The notes beneath the pieces are model-generated. The model was given only the letters and a program-made list of their open reading frames with translations, had not been told where the DNA came from and made no database searches. Shown piece after piece: positions 7,416 through 15,886 of a stretch of 32,000 nt of DNA. The stretch covers positions 1,980,001-2,012,000 of the forward strand of contig NC_017448.1 of assembly GCF_000146505.1 (NCBI RefSeq), written 5' to 3'. Position 1 is the first letter of the stretch; each line of letters starts with the position of its first letter. Source of the DNA: Fibrobacter succinogenes subsp. succinogenes S85. GTDB taxonomy: Bacteria; Fibrobacterota; Fibrobacteria; Fibrobacterales; Fibrobacteraceae. Both the position numbers and the translations under genes were made by a program.

Positions 7416-9008
7416 ATGGTCGATCCTCTTTATTCCGTGCTAGCTTTTACCTGTGCGTTCGTCTTGCTGATTTTCAAGAATCAGTTTAGAATCGTATTGG
7501 ACAAAAGCGAAAAAACGGACAAGGACTTCTTGTACCTTGCCAACTGGGTGATTGTATTTTGCCTCCAGGACGGTATCTGGGGGATTTTCGGCTGCGGAGC
7601 TATCAAGAACAACTTCCTGCTTTTCCTGTCATCCTCGTTTTTCCATGCGGCAGCCGCTGTCATGGCCTTTATCTGGCTCAACTACATATTGAATTTCATC
7701 AACATCGAGCGCGAAAAGGCTATTCCCGCCAAGATGTTGTCCCTAGCGCTAGTCATATTCCAGCTAGTCCTTCTTTTGATGAATTTCAGGTCAAGTTTTC
7801 TTTTCGGCATCAGCGACGAGGGCACCTACATCGTCATGAACGGGAGAAACCTGCTATATTACAGCCAATATTTCACATTCTTCGTCATTGCAATTTTTCT
7901 GGTTTACAAAACAGCGAGCGCAAAAAAGACAAGCGCCCGCAAACACTATGCCGCAGGGTTCCTGTTTATTTCGGCACCGGTCCTGTGCGGTTTTCTGCAA
8001 AGGGAATTTCCATTTTCTCCGTGTGATTCCATCGGATCCATGCTCGGCTGCTGTACCATCTATGCATTTTTCATCTCGAAAATTAGCCGCAACAGGGACT
8101 TGTCACAAAAGGCGGTCATCATCGCAGGGCTTTCTTCGGACTACGACGTGGTCGTGTACGTCAATATTCCCAAGAACCAAGCCAAGTTCTACCAGATCAG
8201 CGAAAAGTTTACTCCGCTCCTGTGGGAAGGTCGCAATTCCACCAACCCCAAGGATTTTGACAACTTTATGAAGCGCATTTACGTTCCAAACGAATTTAGC
8301 GAATTTATCGAAAAATCAACCATTGACAAGTGCATTGAGCTTTTACAGACGGCCCCCTATTACACCATTCCGTTCCTCGCCAGCGTCAACGGACAGATTG
8401 AGCATTACCGCCTGAAAATCGCAAGCGACAAAAGCAACGCCCAGGGGTTCATTATCGGCATTATCAATGTCGAAGAGGAACATCGTCTAGAAGAAACCGC
8501 ACAACGCTTGAGAAAGGATCTCCAGCATACAAAGCTCATTGCGAACAAAGACCCGCTCACAGGAGTCGGGAGCGCCGCCGCGTTCAAGGCGAAATGCGAA
8601 CTGATTGACAACGAAATCAAGGCCAAGGACAAAATAAAATTCGCGCTTGTAGAATGCGACGTCAACGACCTGAAGGTTATCAACGATACGTTCGGGCACG
8701 ACATGGGCGATGAATATCTCAAGAACTGCAGCAAGGTTTTCTGCAATGTTTTCAGCCACAGCCCGGTTTTCCGCATCGGCGGTGATGAATTTGTCATCAT
8801 CCTTTTCGGCGAACAGTACGAAAAACGCGCAGAACTTTTCGAAAAGCTGAAATCATCAGTGAATCGCAAGCCTGACGCCCCAAAGGAGAGCATTTCGTTT
8901 GCGGCAGGCATGGCGGATTACAGCAGCAAAATTGACGAATGCGTGAAGGACGTGCTCAAGAGAGCCGACACGTTCATGTATATAGACAAGGGTAAACTGA
9001 AAAGCTAG
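7416..9008 (+). CDS. membrane-bound diguanylate cyclase (multi-TM N-terminus, PAS-like sensory module, GGDEF domain)
   Basis: About 6 hydrophobic helices fill the first 220 aa or so. The GGDEF domain reads DPLTGVGSAAAF...DVNDLKVINDTFGHDMGDEYL...FRIGGDEFVIILFG...RADTFMYIDKG, with the GGDEF active-site motif intact. The ATG at 7416 is preferred over the GTG at 7410. Confidence 0.85.
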   Translation: MVDPLYSVLAFTCAFVLLIFKNQFRIVLDKSEKTDKDFLYLANWVIVFCLQDGIWGIFGCGAIKNNFLLFLSSSFFHAAAAVMAFIWLNYILNFINIEREKAIPAKMLSLALVIFQLVLLLMNFRSSFLFGISDEGTYIVMNGRNLLYYSQYFTFFVIAIFLVYKTASAKKTSARKHYAAGFLFISAPVLCGFLQREFPFSPCDSIGSMLGCCTIYAFFISKISRNRDLSQKAVIIAGLSSDYDVVVYVNIPKNQAKFYQISEKFTPLLWEGRNSTNPKDFDNFMKRIYVPNEFSEFIEKSTIDKCIELLQTAPYYTIPFLASVNGQIEHYRLKIASDKSNAQGFIIGIINVEEEHRLEETAQRLRKDLQHTKLIANKDPLTGVGSAAAFKAKCELIDNEIKAKDKIKFALVECDVNDLKVINDTFGHDMGDEYLKNCSKVFCNVFSHSPVFRIGGDEFVIILFGEQYEKRAELFEKLKSSVNRKPDAPKESISFAAGMADYSSKIDECVKDVLKRADTFMYIDKGKLKS

Positions 9009-9042
9009 TTGGCAGAACTTAGAGCTTAGAACTTAGTACTAG
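9006..9042 (+). repeat. TAG-heptad element, copy B (TAGTTGG CAGAACT TAGAGCT TAGAACT TAGTACT AG). The first TAG is the GGDEF gene stop codon.
   Basis: TAG at 9006, 9020, 9027 and 9034 in 7-nt register, plus one at 9040. This is a near-identical copy of 3372-3397. Confidence 0.75.
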
Positions 9043-9089
9043 TCAGTATTTTGTGCAGGGAACTCTCCGCCAACGCGGAGAGAAGACAC

Positions 9090-9122
9090 AAAAAACCCCG
9101 GGTCTTTCGACTCGGGGCTTTT
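9090..9122. terminator. bidirectional intrinsic terminator (tRNA-Ser on the minus strand, GGDEF gene on the plus strand)
   Basis: A6-CCCCGGG-TCTTTCGA-CTCGGGG-CTTTT. On the minus strand the hairpin is followed by TTTTTTG, directly after the tRNA 3' end. A second perfect hairpin, CTCTCCGC-CAAC-GCGGAGAG, lies at 9063-9082. Confidence 0.7.
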
Positions 9123-9125
9123 CAG

Positions 9126-9214
9126 CGGGAAGAGCGAGATTCGAACTCGCGATAGGATTTAGTCCTATACGTCCTTAGCAGGGACGCGCCTTCGGCCAAC
9201 TCGGCCATCTTCCC
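9126..9214 (-). tRNA. tRNA-Ser: tRNA-Ser (anticodon GCU), class II with a long variable arm; CCA is not encoded
   Basis: The minus strand reads GGGAAGA TG GCC GAGTTGGCCGAA GGC G CGTCC CTGCTAA GGACG TATAGGACTAAATCCTATC GCGAG TTCGAAT CTCGC TCTTCCC G. It has a 7-bp acceptor stem, a 5-bp anticodon stem with loop C-T-GCT-A-A, and a T-loop TTCGAAT. Confidence 0.93.
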
Positions 9215-9229
9215 ATCTTGGGGACACTA

Positions 9230-9258
9230 ATTTTAACAAAATTTCGGCAAAATTTCAA
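9230..9258 (-). promoter_or_regulatory. sigma70-like promoter for tRNA-Ser
   Basis: On the minus strand: TTGAAA (9258-9253), a 17-nt spacer, then TAAAAT (9235-9230), 15 nt upstream of the mature tRNA 5' end. Confidence 0.5.
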
Positions 9259-9391
9259 GGGGTAACAGCCAAATTCATTATTTTTCCACAAAAATGGGCC
9301 TATTTTTTACATATTACGGGCCTCCGGGCAGGCCACCCCTCCAAAAGTTTTATATCTTGTAAGTCGTTAATACTCAATAATTTACGTAAAT

Positions 9392-12300
9392 ATGAATAAG
9401 TTTGTTAAAATCATCGTCGCATTCTTCCTTGTAGCCTTGATTTGCTACATCCCCTTTTATATAGTCGTGTTCAAGATCCTTCCCGAACGCGACCCGGACA
9501 ACCAATTCAACCGCGCCAATATCTTGCAGGTTCTCTCTGGCGAAACCCGAGTCTTTTACGAAGACGGCGAAAACCTGCTCGGAGCATTCTTTGACGCGAA
9601 CCACCGAGTGTACGTGCCTTATGGCGATATCCCGGTCAACCTGATCAACGCCCTTATCGCCGCCGAAGACTCCCGTTACTGGACCCACAACGGTTACGAC
9701 CTCAAGGGTTTCATGCGCGCCATGGTCAATAACATCAAATCAGGGCGTGTCAGCCAGGGCGGATCCTCACTCACGCAGCAGGCCGTCAAGAACATTTTTG
9801 GTCGTGAAGAACGTAGCATCAAGGAAAAGCTCAAGGAATTCCTGAACGCACTCCGCATGGAAAAGCACTTTTCCAAGGAAGACATCCTGGAATTTTACCT
9901 GAACCAGTTCCACGTCTCGGGTACGGGTAAAGGCGTGGCTATCGCAGCCCAGTACTTCTTCAACAAGGAACTCAAGGACCTGACGCTCGCCGAATGCGCT
10001 TTCATCGCAGGCTCGGTCAAGGGACCGTTCAACTACGACCCGTTTATCCAGCGCACCGAAGAACGCAGGCAAAAGGCAATCAAACGCGGCGAGACGCGAC
10101 TCCGCTACGTACTCGGACGCATGGTCGAAGAGGGCTACATCGAGCAGGCCGACATGGATGCAGCCACCGCAAAGCCCTTGGAATTCAACCACGGCAATTT
10201 CCGTTTCACGATGAGCACGACGCTCGAACGCTTGGAAGAACGCCTTGACAGCGATTTTTTCCACGAACTTTTCCAAAAGGAAGGCATCGAAGACTGGCGC
10301 AAGGCTCAACTCGAAATCACAACGACTTTGAACGCCAAATCGCAGGATGCCGCCAAACGCGCATTGCAGACAAACATCAGTAACTTGCAATTACAGCTCG
10401 GCGGTTTTGTACTCCCGAAGGCTCAATTTGCAAACCGCGCCCGCAACGCTCGCAAGGGCGATTACCTCTACGGCGCCGTGGATAGTGTTTTCTACGATAC
10501 GACCGGCAGACTGCAATCGCTCAAGTTGAACTTCGGGCAGCTCAAGGGCATTGTCACGGAGCAATCCGTAAACGACTTTGCCAAGCTCGCCGGTGGCGAT
10601 GTGAACAAGATTCTTGCAACTCAGCTCAAGCCGGGAGCCATCCTCCTCGTGAGCATCATCGACGAAACCCCGATTGACGGTTACGCACAGTGCAAAATTG
10701 AAACGGAACCGGTGCTGCAAGGCGCACTCGTCGCCATCCAGAACGGCAAGGTGCTCGCGAGCCAAGGCGGTTTCCACAACACGGGATTTGACCGTAGCTT
10801 CAAGGCACTCCGCCAACTCGGTTCTAGCTGGAAGCCGATTCTTTACGCTCTCGCCCTCAAGTACCACTGGAACTACCTCGACAATCTTGAAAACGAATTC
10901 AACGCTTTCCAGTACGGGAATCAATTCTACTTCCCGCGCCCGGACCACAAGAACAAGGGTGACGTTGTCAGCATTGCATGGGCCGCTACGCGTTCCGAAA
11001 ACATCGCTAGTATTTGGCTTTTGGAACACCTTCTGGACAAGCTCTCGGACAAGGAATTCGAAGACGTTGCCCGAGAAAACGGCTTTGCCCGCAATCCGGA
11101 CGAAGAACGCATCAAGTTCGTGGAACGTTTGCGCGACAAGTTCGGCCTCATGATGAAGGAAGACGTCAAGCGCGAAATCGAATTCACGAAGGCACGCGAT
11201 GCGCTCGTGGAACGTTATATGAACGACGGCAAGGTATTGCAGGCCCGCGCCGTGCAGAACTTGCGCTACGGCACGTTTACGGACATTGGTTTGAAACAAG
11301 CGAAGCGCGATCCGAAAATCACGAAGTACGTGAACCACAACTTCAAGCGTTACTCTGAAATCTGGCGCGCCCGCGAAATCCAGGAACTCGACCCGGATGA
11401 ATCGACAAAGCTGTTGCCGCTCGATTCCGTACAGCTGATTGAAAACTTTACGCTTGCCGACTTTAAGCGTTTGAATGCCATGATTGAACCGGTCGATAGC
11501 GATGCAGATTACTTTGACATGGCTCATCTGCGTTACTGGCCGGATTACCGCCGTGCGCTTGCGATGGCCGACTACGCCCGCTTTGCCAACGAAATCGGCA
11601 TCCACCAGAAATTGCAGAAAGTGTTCAGTATGCCGCTCGGCGTGAACGATATTACGCTTGCCGAAATCACGACCGCCTACCAGACGCTCCTCACAGGTAA
11701 GATTTTCAAGTGCAAGGACGCGAACTGGACCGAAGCCTGCTTTATCAAGGAAATCAGAAACCGCGATGGCCGTACGATTTTCAGGAACAAGATGGAATCG
11801 ATGACGGTGCTCGACGATACCGTGACAACGCAGATGGGCGTGATGTTGCGCTCCGTGTTCACGAACGGTACGGCACACAGCCAGCTCACCGCGCTTAGCG
11901 TCAAGAATCCTGAAGGTGCATCGAAGCTCCGCTATCCGGTAATGGGTAAGACGGGTACAACAAACGATTACCGCAACGTGGCGTTCCTTGGAGCGCTCCC
12001 GACGTACGTCAAAGAAAAGAACGGCATTGCATTGGATTCCGTGATTGCCATTGGTAGCTATGTGGGCTTTGACGACAACAAGCCTTTGAAATCAGGACGC
12101 ACGCGTATTGCAGGCGCCTCGGGTGGTTTGCCGCAGTGGGCTTCTTTTGCAAAGGAAGAAATAGACATTCTCGGCATCCCGAAGCAAATCGACTTCCTAG
12201 ACATTTCGATGATCGCCACGGGCGAAGTGCCGTTGATGCTGACAAACGAACGTGGAGAACTCACGGTGGACCCGATGACCGGTGAAGCTTTGGTAAACGG

Positions 12301-12784
12301 CGAAAAAGGCCGCCCGCTCCCGTGGCTCGATGTGCCAGGATTCACGCCACCGCAAGTGCAAAAGATTGCCGCCGAAACAATTGCAAAATCTGGAATTGTC
12401 GTGAGCTTGCCGATGCCGCAAGCAAGCACGCCACCGCAAACCGGAAACGCAACAGATTCCGCGATGGTTAAAGCACAAGAAGCCGCACCCAGTGTCGCAC
12501 AGCCCGCTACTGCGCAAGCTGGGACAGCGCCAATCACAAGTGCGCCGAAGCCGCAGCAAGTCATCCCTGCTGATGCAAGGCCAGTTTCAGAAGTCATGAA
12601 GGCAGATTCCATCAAGAAGGCAACGGAAGCCGCAAAGCAGATTCCGCTTAATCCGCAGCAGACGTTCACGCCAGTTCAGCCGCCAAAACCGCAGGCCGCC
12701 ATGCCCAAGGATGATGACTGGGATTTGCCCGAAAACTTCAGCAGCAAAAATGCATTCGTACCCATCGAAGCCGATGCTGAGTAA
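9392..12784 (+). CDS. class A penicillin-binding protein (PBP1A-type bifunctional glycosyltransferase/transpeptidase), unusually long at 1130 aa
   Basis: GT51 motifs: EDSRYWTHNGYD, GGSSLTQQ and KEDILEFYLNQ. Transpeptidase motifs: SSWK (Ser478), SEN (Ser535) and KTGTT (Lys853). It has an N-terminal TM anchor and a Pro/Gln/Ala-rich low-complexity C-terminal tail. Confidence 0.9.
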   Translation: MNKFVKIIVAFFLVALICYIPFYIVVFKILPERDPDNQFNRANILQVLSGETRVFYEDGENLLGAFFDANHRVYVPYGDIPVNLINALIAAEDSRYWTHNGYDLKGFMRAMVNNIKSGRVSQGGSSLTQQAVKNIFGREERSIKEKLKEFLNALRMEKHFSKEDILEFYLNQFHVSGTGKGVAIAAQYFFNKELKDLTLAECAFIAGSVKGPFNYDPFIQRTEERRQKAIKRGETRLRYVLGRMVEEGYIEQADMDAATAKPLEFNHGNFRFTMSTTLERLEERLDSDFFHELFQKEGIEDWRKAQLEITTTLNAKSQDAAKRALQTNISNLQLQLGGFVLPKAQFANRARNARKGDYLYGAVDSVFYDTTGRLQSLKLNFGQLKGIVTEQSVNDFAKLAGGDVNKILATQLKPGAILLVSIIDETPIDGYAQCKIETEPVLQGALVAIQNGKVLASQGGFHNTGFDRSFKALRQLGSSWKPILYALALKYHWNYLDNLENEFNAFQYGNQFYFPRPDHKNKGDVVSIAWAATRSENIASIWLLEHLLDKLSDKEFEDVARENGFARNPDEERIKFVERLRDKFGLMMKEDVKREIEFTKARDALVERYMNDGKVLQARAVQNLRYGTFTDIGLKQAKRDPKITKYVNHNFKRYSEIWRAREIQELDPDESTKLLPLDSVQLIENFTLADFKRLNAMIEPVDSDADYFDMAHLRYWPDYRRALAMADYARFANEIGIHQKLQKVFSMPLGVNDITLAEITTAYQTLLTGKIFKCKDANWTEACFIKEIRNRDGRTIFRNKMESMTVLDDTVTTQMGVMLRSVFTNGTAHSQLTALSVKNPEGASKLRYPVMGKTGTTNDYRNVAFLGALPTYVKEKNGIALDSVIAIGSYVGFDDNKPLKSGRTRIAGASGGLPQWASFAKEEIDILGIPKQIDFLDISMIATGEVPLMLTNERGELTVDPMTGEALVNGEKGRPLPWLDVPGFTPPQVQKIAAETIAKSGIVVSLPMPQASTPPQTGNATDSAMVKAQEAAPSVAQPATAQAGTAPITSAPKPQQVIPADARPVSEVMKADSIKKATEAAKQIPLNPQQTFTPVQPPKPQAAMPKDDDWDLPENFSSKNAFVPIEADAE

Positions 12785-12822
12785 TTGCTATTTTTGTTCA
12801 CGATTAAAAAACGGAGTGTTTC

Positions 12823-14100
12823 ATGTCTAAATCAACGGTTTTCGTTCAGGCAGCCACATTCGCCGCAGCGTTCTCGCTCACCGCATGTATCGGGACTAAT
12901 CAATGCCCTTCTCCAGACGTAAAGCCTACTGAAACTCCGTTCACTAAAGTCATCGGGCAAGATACAGTCCAGTCTGCAGAAACGCAGACCGGCAAGTATT
13001 CCGAGATGCAGGTCGTCACCGGCGATAGCGCTTCGCAGATTCTTGACCAGTTCAAACTCTCAACGCCCGACCAGATTTTGACTCCGGAACAGACGCCGAC
13101 CATTCTCGTACAGACTCGAGTCGATACGGTCTTGATGATGTTGCCGCCGTGCGACAAGACGCACTTTTCGCATTGTACGCTCGAAACGACGATGGACCCG
13201 TACAAGGCATTCCCAGCACTCGCCAATTACGTCTTTAGCTACGCCGACACACTCAGCCGCGCCGGTCAAACGGACTCCGCCTCCGTCATCTTGAACAGTT
13301 TCTCGACAATGGCTCCAATGTGGGAAAAATGGCAAGCGCATTCGGACACGCTCCGCGATGCTTTCGGCAAGCGCCGCGAAGAAAAGGCAAAAGAATTTGA
13401 GTCAATGGCACTCCAGATTCAGAACATGAACCGCGTGCAAGCCTCATACAGCATGGTCGCCGAAACCGCAGACAGTTTGATTGCGCAGCTCGCTCCGGGT
13501 GACTCGCTCGCAAACTGGGCTAAAGACCAAAAGAAAATCGCTTATTCGAACACGCTCAAGAAGGCCTCTAAAGAATTTGACGCCATCAAAGTTCTCGCTG
13601 ACGAAAAGGCACAATTCGCCGAAGCCCGTAAGCAGACCGAAACATTCCGCATCCGCTACCGCGATTTCGAAGACACACTCCATGTGCAAGCATTCTTGAA
13701 TCACGTTGACGAGCTTGAAAAGGCAACCGATTCCGAGACCGCCAAAATGTGGGAAAAACAGGACCCTGCCGCAGCACTCGCCAAGGTTGACACGCTTATT
13801 GCAAACGAAAAGTTTGACAAGGCCAAGGATTTGCTGAACAAACTCAAGACGAGCAAGCTCCGCAAGGAAGCAAATGAAAAGTACATCGTCCTTGCCGATG
13901 CCTACTGCAACAAACAGCGCAAAACAACATCGCAGATTTTTGCCAAGTCCTTGAAGCAAACGGACGAAGAAAAGAAAAAGAAATTGCTGAACGACGCCAT
14001 CGCACCACTCAACAAGTGTCTTGCGGAATTCCCAGAAACAACGCAACGCGAGAAAGTCGAAAGCAACAGAAAGTTTATTGAAAAGGAACTCGCCAAGTGA
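12823..14100 (+). CDS. hypothetical lipoprotein with a helical, Lys/Glu-rich C-terminal half
   Basis: MSKSTVFVQAATFAAAFSLTAC carries the lipobox LTAC. ACGGAG lies upstream of the ATG. It starts 38 nt downstream of the PBP gene on the same strand. The C-terminal part looks like long helices or TPR-like repeats. Confidence 0.65.
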   Translation: MSKSTVFVQAATFAAAFSLTACIGTNQCPSPDVKPTETPFTKVIGQDTVQSAETQTGKYSEMQVVTGDSASQILDQFKLSTPDQILTPEQTPTILVQTRVDTVLMMLPPCDKTHFSHCTLETTMDPYKAFPALANYVFSYADTLSRAGQTDSASVILNSFSTMAPMWEKWQAHSDTLRDAFGKRREEKAKEFESMALQIQNMNRVQASYSMVAETADSLIAQLAPGDSLANWAKDQKKIAYSNTLKKASKEFDAIKVLADEKAQFAEARKQTETFRIRYRDFEDTLHVQAFLNHVDELEKATDSETAKMWEKQDPAAALAKVDTLIANEKFDKAKDLLNKLKTSKLRKEANEKYIVLADAYCNKQRKTTSQIFAKSLKQTDEEKKKKLLNDAIAPLNKCLAEFPETTQREKVESNRKFIEKELAK

Positions 14101-14867
14101 CAGACTGGTGGAATTACGCCCAGTACCCGGCGTTCTTTATTTTGGGTGCAGTCGTAAGCCTCATCAACAGCATCGCAGGTGGCGGTTCTACGCTTAGCCT
14201 CCCCATCATGATTTTCCTCGGGCTCCCCGCGACTGTTGCAAACGGCACGAACCGCATCGGGCTCATCATCGGGAATTTCAGCAGTGCCTACAACCTTGCG
14301 CGTCACGGTTACCTGAACAAGAAGATATTCTTCCAGCTACTGCTGCCGACATTCTTCGGCGCACTCCTTGGCGCATGCTTCCTTGTCCGCATCGGAGACA
14401 AGCTCTTCCAGGCGATTCTCGCGGTTGTCATTTGCCTTGTGGTGGTCATGAGCAACTTGCGCAAGGACATTCTCGGAAAGCCTCCCGAGAACCCGCCCGA
14501 AAAACTCACCGTCAAAGGCGCCCTCGGATTTTTCGCCATCGCTGTCTATGGATGCATTGTGCAGGTGGGCGTTGGGTTCGTGCAAATATTTGGACTCACG
14601 CGGTACACCGGACTAGACCCAATTCACGTGAACGCCATCAAGAATGCGCTCACGAACGTGTTTCTCATTGTAAGCACGGTCGCGCTGGGCCTCGCCGGAA
14701 AAATCGATTGGCCCGTTGCGATTATCATGGCGGCAGGCGCATGGTTCGGCGGCTACCTCGGCAGTTTCACGCAGCGCAAAAAAGGCAACAAGTTCATCCA
14801 GCGGTTCATCAGCGTATGTAGCATCGGCATGGCGATTGCACTCGTGGTGGACTTGGTGATGAAATAG
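14097..14867 (+). CDS. TSUP (TauE/SafE, DUF81) family anion-exporter-like membrane permease
   Basis: INSIAGGGSTLSLPIMIFLGLPATVANGTNRIG is a typical TSUP signature. There are about 7-8 TM segments. The GTG start overlaps the upstream stop (GTGA), which suggests translational coupling. Confidence 0.8.
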   Translation: MTDWWNYAQYPAFFILGAVVSLINSIAGGGSTLSLPIMIFLGLPATVANGTNRIGLIIGNFSSAYNLARHGYLNKKIFFQLLLPTFFGALLGACFLVRIGDKLFQAILAVVICLVVVMSNLRKDILGKPPENPPEKLTVKGALGFFAIAVYGCIVQVGVGFVQIFGLTRYTGLDPIHVNAIKNALTNVFLIVSTVALGLAGKIDWPVAIIMAAGAWFGGYLGSFTQRKKGNKFIQRFISVCSIGMAIALVVDLVMK

Positions 14868-14869
14868 CC

Positions 14870-15814
14870 CTAGCTCACCGGATTTCTGTGACTTTCGAAG
14901 AGTTGCCGTAGATTCACGGCATCTCTTTTTTCTTGCTCCGTTTTGAGGTCTTCCATAATCTGTGCGAAATAAGCGGCGCGCCCTGCATCTTTTGCAAGGA
15001 AGGCGTCTTCGTAACTGTCTTGCGCCACAGCAACGACTTCTGGATTGAAGGTTGGCATAAACCCATATTTTTTGCAAGTTTCAATCATGTCGTCATCGTT
15101 TATGCTGCTGTAGTCAAAATTCGTGCGTTTAAGGAGCATGACCATATCGCCAACGATTTCGATGAGCACATTTTCAGAAGACGAAAAACGCGACCGTAAA
15201 AAACTGCAATACACAGCCACATCGTACATCTTTTTGTATATAAAATAATCCTTCAAAAAGCGGAAGCAATGGATCATATCGCTAGAGCGATACGTGTACT
15301 TCATGGCAGAAACGATTTCCTTGAGCAAGTTCTCCCAACGGCCTTCGGCACTGCAAAGCATCGCATACAAGATTCTGCATTTTGCAGAGGTCGGGTTCCA
15401 CTGGACGGCTTCGGTCACGCCTTTCAACGCCGTAGAGTAGTCGCCCAAATCCAATGCAGCAAGCGCATACTGGCGATAGATCCAGTCCATCGGGCAGACG
15501 AGGCTGACATTCTTTATCTGTTGCGACGGGTTCTGGTAAAAATGTTGATAAAGCACCCATTCCATTTCGTCCGAGATAGCGACGTAGCTAACATCATCAC
15601 TAGACACAAATGGATGTTCTTTAAGAACCTGCATTAGCGGTTCAAGAATCTTCAGCGACTTTTCATAGTCCTTATTCTTGTACGCATCCAGGGACAAACT
15701 CAAAATTTCCATCACGCCTTTTCGGCCGCCAATATCTTCGAGCTTCTTGCTCATGATGGCGGACTTGATTTGGAAGAGGTCTTCCTGATTTTTGGCGTCT
15801 TCGATGGATATCAT
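14870..15814 (-). CDS. hypothetical cytoplasmic helical-repeat (TPR-like) protein
   Basis: A 314-aa ORF with helical-repeat character (YKNKDYEKSLKILEPL, ALDLGDYSTALKGVTEAVQWNP). It has no signal peptide and I recognise no catalytic motif. Confidence 0.55.
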   Translation of the reverse strand: MISIEDAKNQEDLFQIKSAIMSKKLEDIGGRKGVMEILSLSLDAYKNKDYEKSLKILEPLMQVLKEHPFVSSDDVSYVAISDEMEWVLYQHFYQNPSQQIKNVSLVCPMDWIYRQYALAALDLGDYSTALKGVTEAVQWNPTSAKCRILYAMLCSAEGRWENLLKEIVSAMKYTYRSSDMIHCFRFLKDYFIYKKMYDVAVYCSFLRSRFSSSENVLIEIVGDMVMLLKRTNFDYSSINDDDMIETCKKYGFMPTFNPEVVAVAQDSYEDAFLAKDAGRAAYFAQIMEDLKTEQEKRDAVNLRQLFESHRNPVS

Positions 15815-15886
15815 AGTCTACTTTCAAAAAAGTTCTTTAATAAAATACACTATTTTGAAAGCAATAGGCAATCCCCCAAAGAAAGA

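Noticed and set aside
9126-9214. tRNA-Ser as a possible integration site for a genomic island.
   Set aside because: There is no integrase, no duplicated tRNA 3' segment and no compositional break next to the tRNA. Both flanking genes look like core genes.
10391-11878. A 495-aa ORF antisense to the PBP gene, with similar antisense ORFs at 9767..10390, 13444..14046, 23422..24579, 24814..25875 and 26295..27503.
   Set aside because: All of them lie opposite genes with clear conserved motifs (PBP, lipoprotein, kinase, Prs-like, enolase), and their own translations carry no motifs. These are typical stop-poor antisense frames of codon-biased genes.
14865-14873. Convergent genes (the TSUP permease and the TPR-like protein) whose stop codons are only 2 nt apart, with no terminator between them.
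   Set aside because: Tight convergent junctions are common in compact bacterial genomes, and nothing else here is unusual.
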